From NCBI RefSeq assembly GCF_014252315.1, contig NZ_CP059216.1:120001-152000 (forward strand): a stretch of 32,000 bases of DNA, given 5' to 3'. Below, one piece after another: positions 29,218 to 32,000 of this stretch. A program made the position numbers and the translations under genes. The stretch comes from Candidatus Saccharimonadota bacterium. Its GTDB lineage: Bacteria; Bacteroidota; Bacteroidia; Flavobacteriales; Blattabacteriaceae. Position 1 is the first letter of the stretch, and every line of letters starts with the position of its first letter. The notes below the pieces were generated by a model. The model did no database searches. It saw nothing but the letters and a program-made list of their open reading frames with translations, and was not told the origin of the DNA.

Positions 29218-30600
29218 TTGGATAAATTTCATGAAGAATGCGGAATATTTGGAATTTATTCTACATTCAAAATAAATACTTTTTCATTAATCCAATCTGG
29301 ATTATTTGCATTACAACATAGAGGACAAGAAGCTTGTGGATTTTCTACTTTACGAGATGGAGAAATTTTGTCTTATAAAGATGAAGGGTTTGTTTTAGAT
29401 TTTTTTCAAAAAATATTAAAATATAAATGTTATAAGGGAAATGCTGTAATAGGACACACTCGTTATTCTACAGCAGGAGGTCAAAGCAAAAAAAATATAC
29501 AACCATTTTTTGGAAATAATTCAAAAGGAAAATGTGTTATATCTATAGTTCATAATGGAAATTTAATCAATGCTAGAAATATACGTAAAAATTTAGAAGA
29601 TAAAGGAGTTAATTTTATTTCTGAATATTCAGACTCAGAAGTAATATTACACTTAATTCAAAAAAATTTATTAAAATATAATAATGATTTAGAAAAATCA
29701 ATTATAAATATATCATCTAATATTAAAGGAGCTTATTCTGTTATTGTATTAATAAATAACAAAATAGCAGCATTTAGAGATCCTAATGGAATAAGACCTT
29801 TATGTTATGGATTATTAGATGAACAAACTTATATTTTTAGTTCTGAAACTTGTGGAATAGATTCTGTAGGAGGTATATATATTAGAGATTTATTTCCAGG
29901 AGAAATAATAATTATTGAGAATAAAACAATTAAATTTTCTATGATAGAAAAAATAGAAAATACAAAAAAAAGAATATGTTCATTTGAATATATTTATTTT
30001 TCTAGACCTGATTCTTTAATTGAAAATACAAATGTTTATAAAGTTAGAGAAAAAAGTGGGGAAAAACTTTATGAACAACATCCAGTAAAAGCAGATGTAG
30101 TTATCGGTGTACCTGATTCAGGAGTACCTGCTGCTATAGGTTATTCTAAAGCTTCAGGTATCCCATTTAAACCTATTTTAATAAAAAATAAATATATTGG
30201 TAGATCTTTCATTCTTCCTAATAAAGAAATACGTGAAAAAATGGTTAATTTAAAACTGAACCCTATTTTACACGAAATAAAAGATAAAAGAATTATCATA
30301 ATTGATGATTCCATAGTTCGTGGAACTACCATTGCAAGATTAATTTATATTTTAAGAAAATCAGGAGCTAAAGAATTACATTTTAGAAGCGCTTCTCCAC
30401 CAATTATAGCTCCATGTTATTTAGGAGTTAACACTCCAAAAAAAAAAGATTTATTTTCATATAAAAATATTAATAAAAATGATATTATAAAAATTTTAAA
30501 TCTAGATAGCATAGAATTTTTAAGTATGGATAATTTAATAAACATATTAGGAGGAAAAAGTCATTGTTTTGGATGTTTTACTGGATTATATCCAGTATGA
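29218..30600 (+). CDS. purF: Amidophosphoribosyltransferase (glutamine PRPP amidotransferase), propeptide + [4Fe-4S] type
   Basis: 460 aa with a TTG start. The catalytic Cys is in E-CGIFGIY after a 7-residue leader. The PRPP loop IIIIDDSIVRGTT is present. Cys residues sit at the positions of cluster ligands (…RICSFEYIYF…, APCYLG, HCFGCFTG). Confidence 0.93.
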   Translation: MDKFHEECGIFGIYSTFKINTFSLIQSGLFALQHRGQEACGFSTLRDGEILSYKDEGFVLDFFQKILKYKCYKGNAVIGHTRYSTAGGQSKKNIQPFFGNNSKGKCVISIVHNGNLINARNIRKNLEDKGVNFISEYSDSEVILHLIQKNLLKYNNDLEKSIINISSNIKGAYSVIVLINNKIAAFRDPNGIRPLCYGLLDEQTYIFSSETCGIDSVGGIYIRDLFPGEIIIIENKTIKFSMIEKIENTKKRICSFEYIYFSRPDSLIENTNVYKVREKSGEKLYEQHPVKADVVIGVPDSGVPAAIGYSKASGIPFKPILIKNKYIGRSFILPNKEIREKMVNLKLNPILHEIKDKRIIIIDDSIVRGTTIARLIYILRKSGAKELHFRSASPPIIAPCYLGVNTPKKKDLFSYKNINKNDIIKILNLDSIEFLSMDNLINILGGKSHCFGCFTGLYPV

Positions 30601-30627
30601 AATCATTTATATTTAATAAATTTTATT

Positions 30628-31623
30628 ATGAAAAAAAATGATAATCTTATATGCAATATAGAAAAAATTATAGAAAAAACTTACAATAAAAATGTTTTAA
30701 GTAAATTAAATGATTTTTCTGGACTATATAAAATAATTAAAAGTAAGTTTATAGATCCTATTATAGTTTCTAGCACTGATGGAGTTGGAACAAAAATTTT
30801 TTTAGCTATAAATTATAAAAAATATGAAATAATTGGAAAAGACTGCTTTGCTATGTGTATAAATGATATATTATGTCATGGAGCCACTTCTTTATTCTTT
30901 TTGGATTATATTGCTTGTAATAAAATCAATTCATATATTATAGAAAAAATAATTCATGGAATAACTTATTCATGTAAAAAAACTAATACATGTTTTATTG
31001 GAGGAGAAACAGCAGAAATGTCAGGATTATATCCAAATAATGGATATGATATTGCTGGTTTTTGTGTGGGTATTGTAGAAAAAAATTGTATTATAAATGG
31101 TAAAAATTTAATAAAAGAAAATGATATCATTATAGGAATTCCATCATCAGGAGTTCATAGCAATGGTTTTTCCATAATAAGAAATATATTTTCACATAAA
31201 GATTTACAAAAATCTTTTAATAAAAAACCTCTTTATGAATCATTTTTAATTCCAACAAAAATTTATTATAACTTAATTCATATTATAATAAAAAAAATTC
31301 CTATACATGGAATTGCTCATATTACAGGAGGAGGTATATATCAAAATTTATCTAGAATTATACCAAAAGGATTATCTGCTATAGTTAAAAAAAAAAATAT
31401 TCCTACTCAACCAATTTTTTCTTTTATAAAAGAAAAAGGAAATTTATCTGATAAAGTTATGTGGAATACTTTTAATATGGGAGTTGGATTGATTATTATA
31501 TCCTCTTATATTTATAAAGATAAAGTCTTACAAGAACTTATTTCTATTAATGAAAAACCATTTATAATTGGAAATATTATAAAAACAAATAACAAAAGTA
31601 ACAAAAAAGTTTTTTTAGAATAA
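30628..31623 (+). CDS. purM: Phosphoribosylformylglycinamidine cyclo-ligase (AIR synthetase)
   Basis: 331 aa. Motifs present: SSTDGVGTK, DCFAMCINDILCHGA, GGETAEM, AHITGGG. Confidence 0.94.
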   Translation: MKKNDNLICNIEKIIEKTYNKNVLSKLNDFSGLYKIIKSKFIDPIIVSSTDGVGTKIFLAINYKKYEIIGKDCFAMCINDILCHGATSLFFLDYIACNKINSYIIEKIIHGITYSCKKTNTCFIGGETAEMSGLYPNNGYDIAGFCVGIVEKNCIINGKNLIKENDIIIGIPSSGVHSNGFSIIRNIFSHKDLQKSFNKKPLYESFLIPTKIYYNLIHIIIKKIPIHGIAHITGGGIYQNLSRIIPKGLSAIVKKKNIPTQPIFSFIKEKGNLSDKVMWNTFNMGVGLIIISSYIYKDKVLQELISINEKPFIIGNIIKTNNKSNKKVFLE

Positions 31624-31637
31624 AAAACATTATTATA

Positions 31638-32000
31638 ATGATAAAAAAAATAGCAATATTAGTTTCTGGAAATGGAACTAACATGAAGCATATTTTACAT
31701 TCTATTAATAATGGATATTTATCAAATTTTAAAATTGATTTGGTAATTTCTGATAGAAAATGTAAAGCTATACAATTTTCAATACAAAATGGAATAAATT
31801 CATTTTGTTTAAAAAAAAATAAATTTTTATCACATAATATAGATAAAATACTAATAAAATATAATCCATATATAGTAATATTATCTGGATTTTTATCCAT
31901 ATTAAACGAAAATTTTTGCAAAAAATGGATAAATAAAGTTATTAATATACATCCTTCTTTATTACCTAAATATGGAGGAATAGGAATGTATGGAAATAAA
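31638..32000 (+). CDS. purN: Phosphoribosylglycinamide formyltransferase, 3'-truncated by the window edge; not in the ORF track
   Basis: Hand translation from ATG 31638 gives MIKKIAILVSGNGTNMKHIL…IVILSGFLSILNENFCKKWINKVINIHPSLLPKYGG…. The frame is open for 121 codons to the end of the window. SGNGTN and INIHPSLLP are PurN signatures. Confidence 0.9.
   Translation, partial: MIKKIAILVSGNGTNMKHILHSINNGYLSNFKIDLVISDRKCKAIQFSIQNGINSFCLKKNKFLSHNIDKILIKYNPYIVILSGFLSILNENFCKKWINKVINIHPSLLPKYGGIGMYGNK

Overview
The window is extremely AT-rich, lysine-codon-rich and very gene-dense, with most intergenic gaps under 100 bp. It reads as core metabolism from a reduced-genome Bacteroidetes (Flavobacteriales-type) insect endosymbiont. 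Flavobacterial-looking GyrA, Ctc-type L25 and large PurL, a fused ureAB + ureC urease, thrABC and a long purine cluster together fit Blattabacterium best; this is inference, not a database hit. Genes in order: MarC-family protein (partial), rnpA, fbp, plsC, rnhA, a TrmH/SpoU methyltransferase, dCMP deaminase, tRNA-Leu(CAA), ureC, ureAB, thrA, thrB, thrC, thyA, prs, rplY (L25/Ctc), tadA, a DedA-family protein, a 38-codon membrane ORF, aroB, gyrA, surE, ruvB, then purA-purB-purL-purE-purC-purF-purM-purN (partial). I saw no CRISPR array, transposase, integrase, phage, toxin-antitoxin or defence-type gene, no rRNA, and no large repeats, so I do not think the window holds a novel multi-gene system. 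The most interesting signal is at nucleotide scale. Three otherwise intact genes (rnpA, dCMP deaminase, thyA) are each broken by a frameshift exactly inside a long poly(A) tract (A10, A11, A13). All three need the same correction (+1 A, or -2), whereas the roughly 20-25 other A/T runs of 9 nt or more inside genes are in frame. The dCMP deaminase is invisible in the supplied ORF track because its 115-codon downstream segment contains no Met. These are either homopolymer undercalls in the assembly or genuine frameshifts that transcriptional slippage could rescue.
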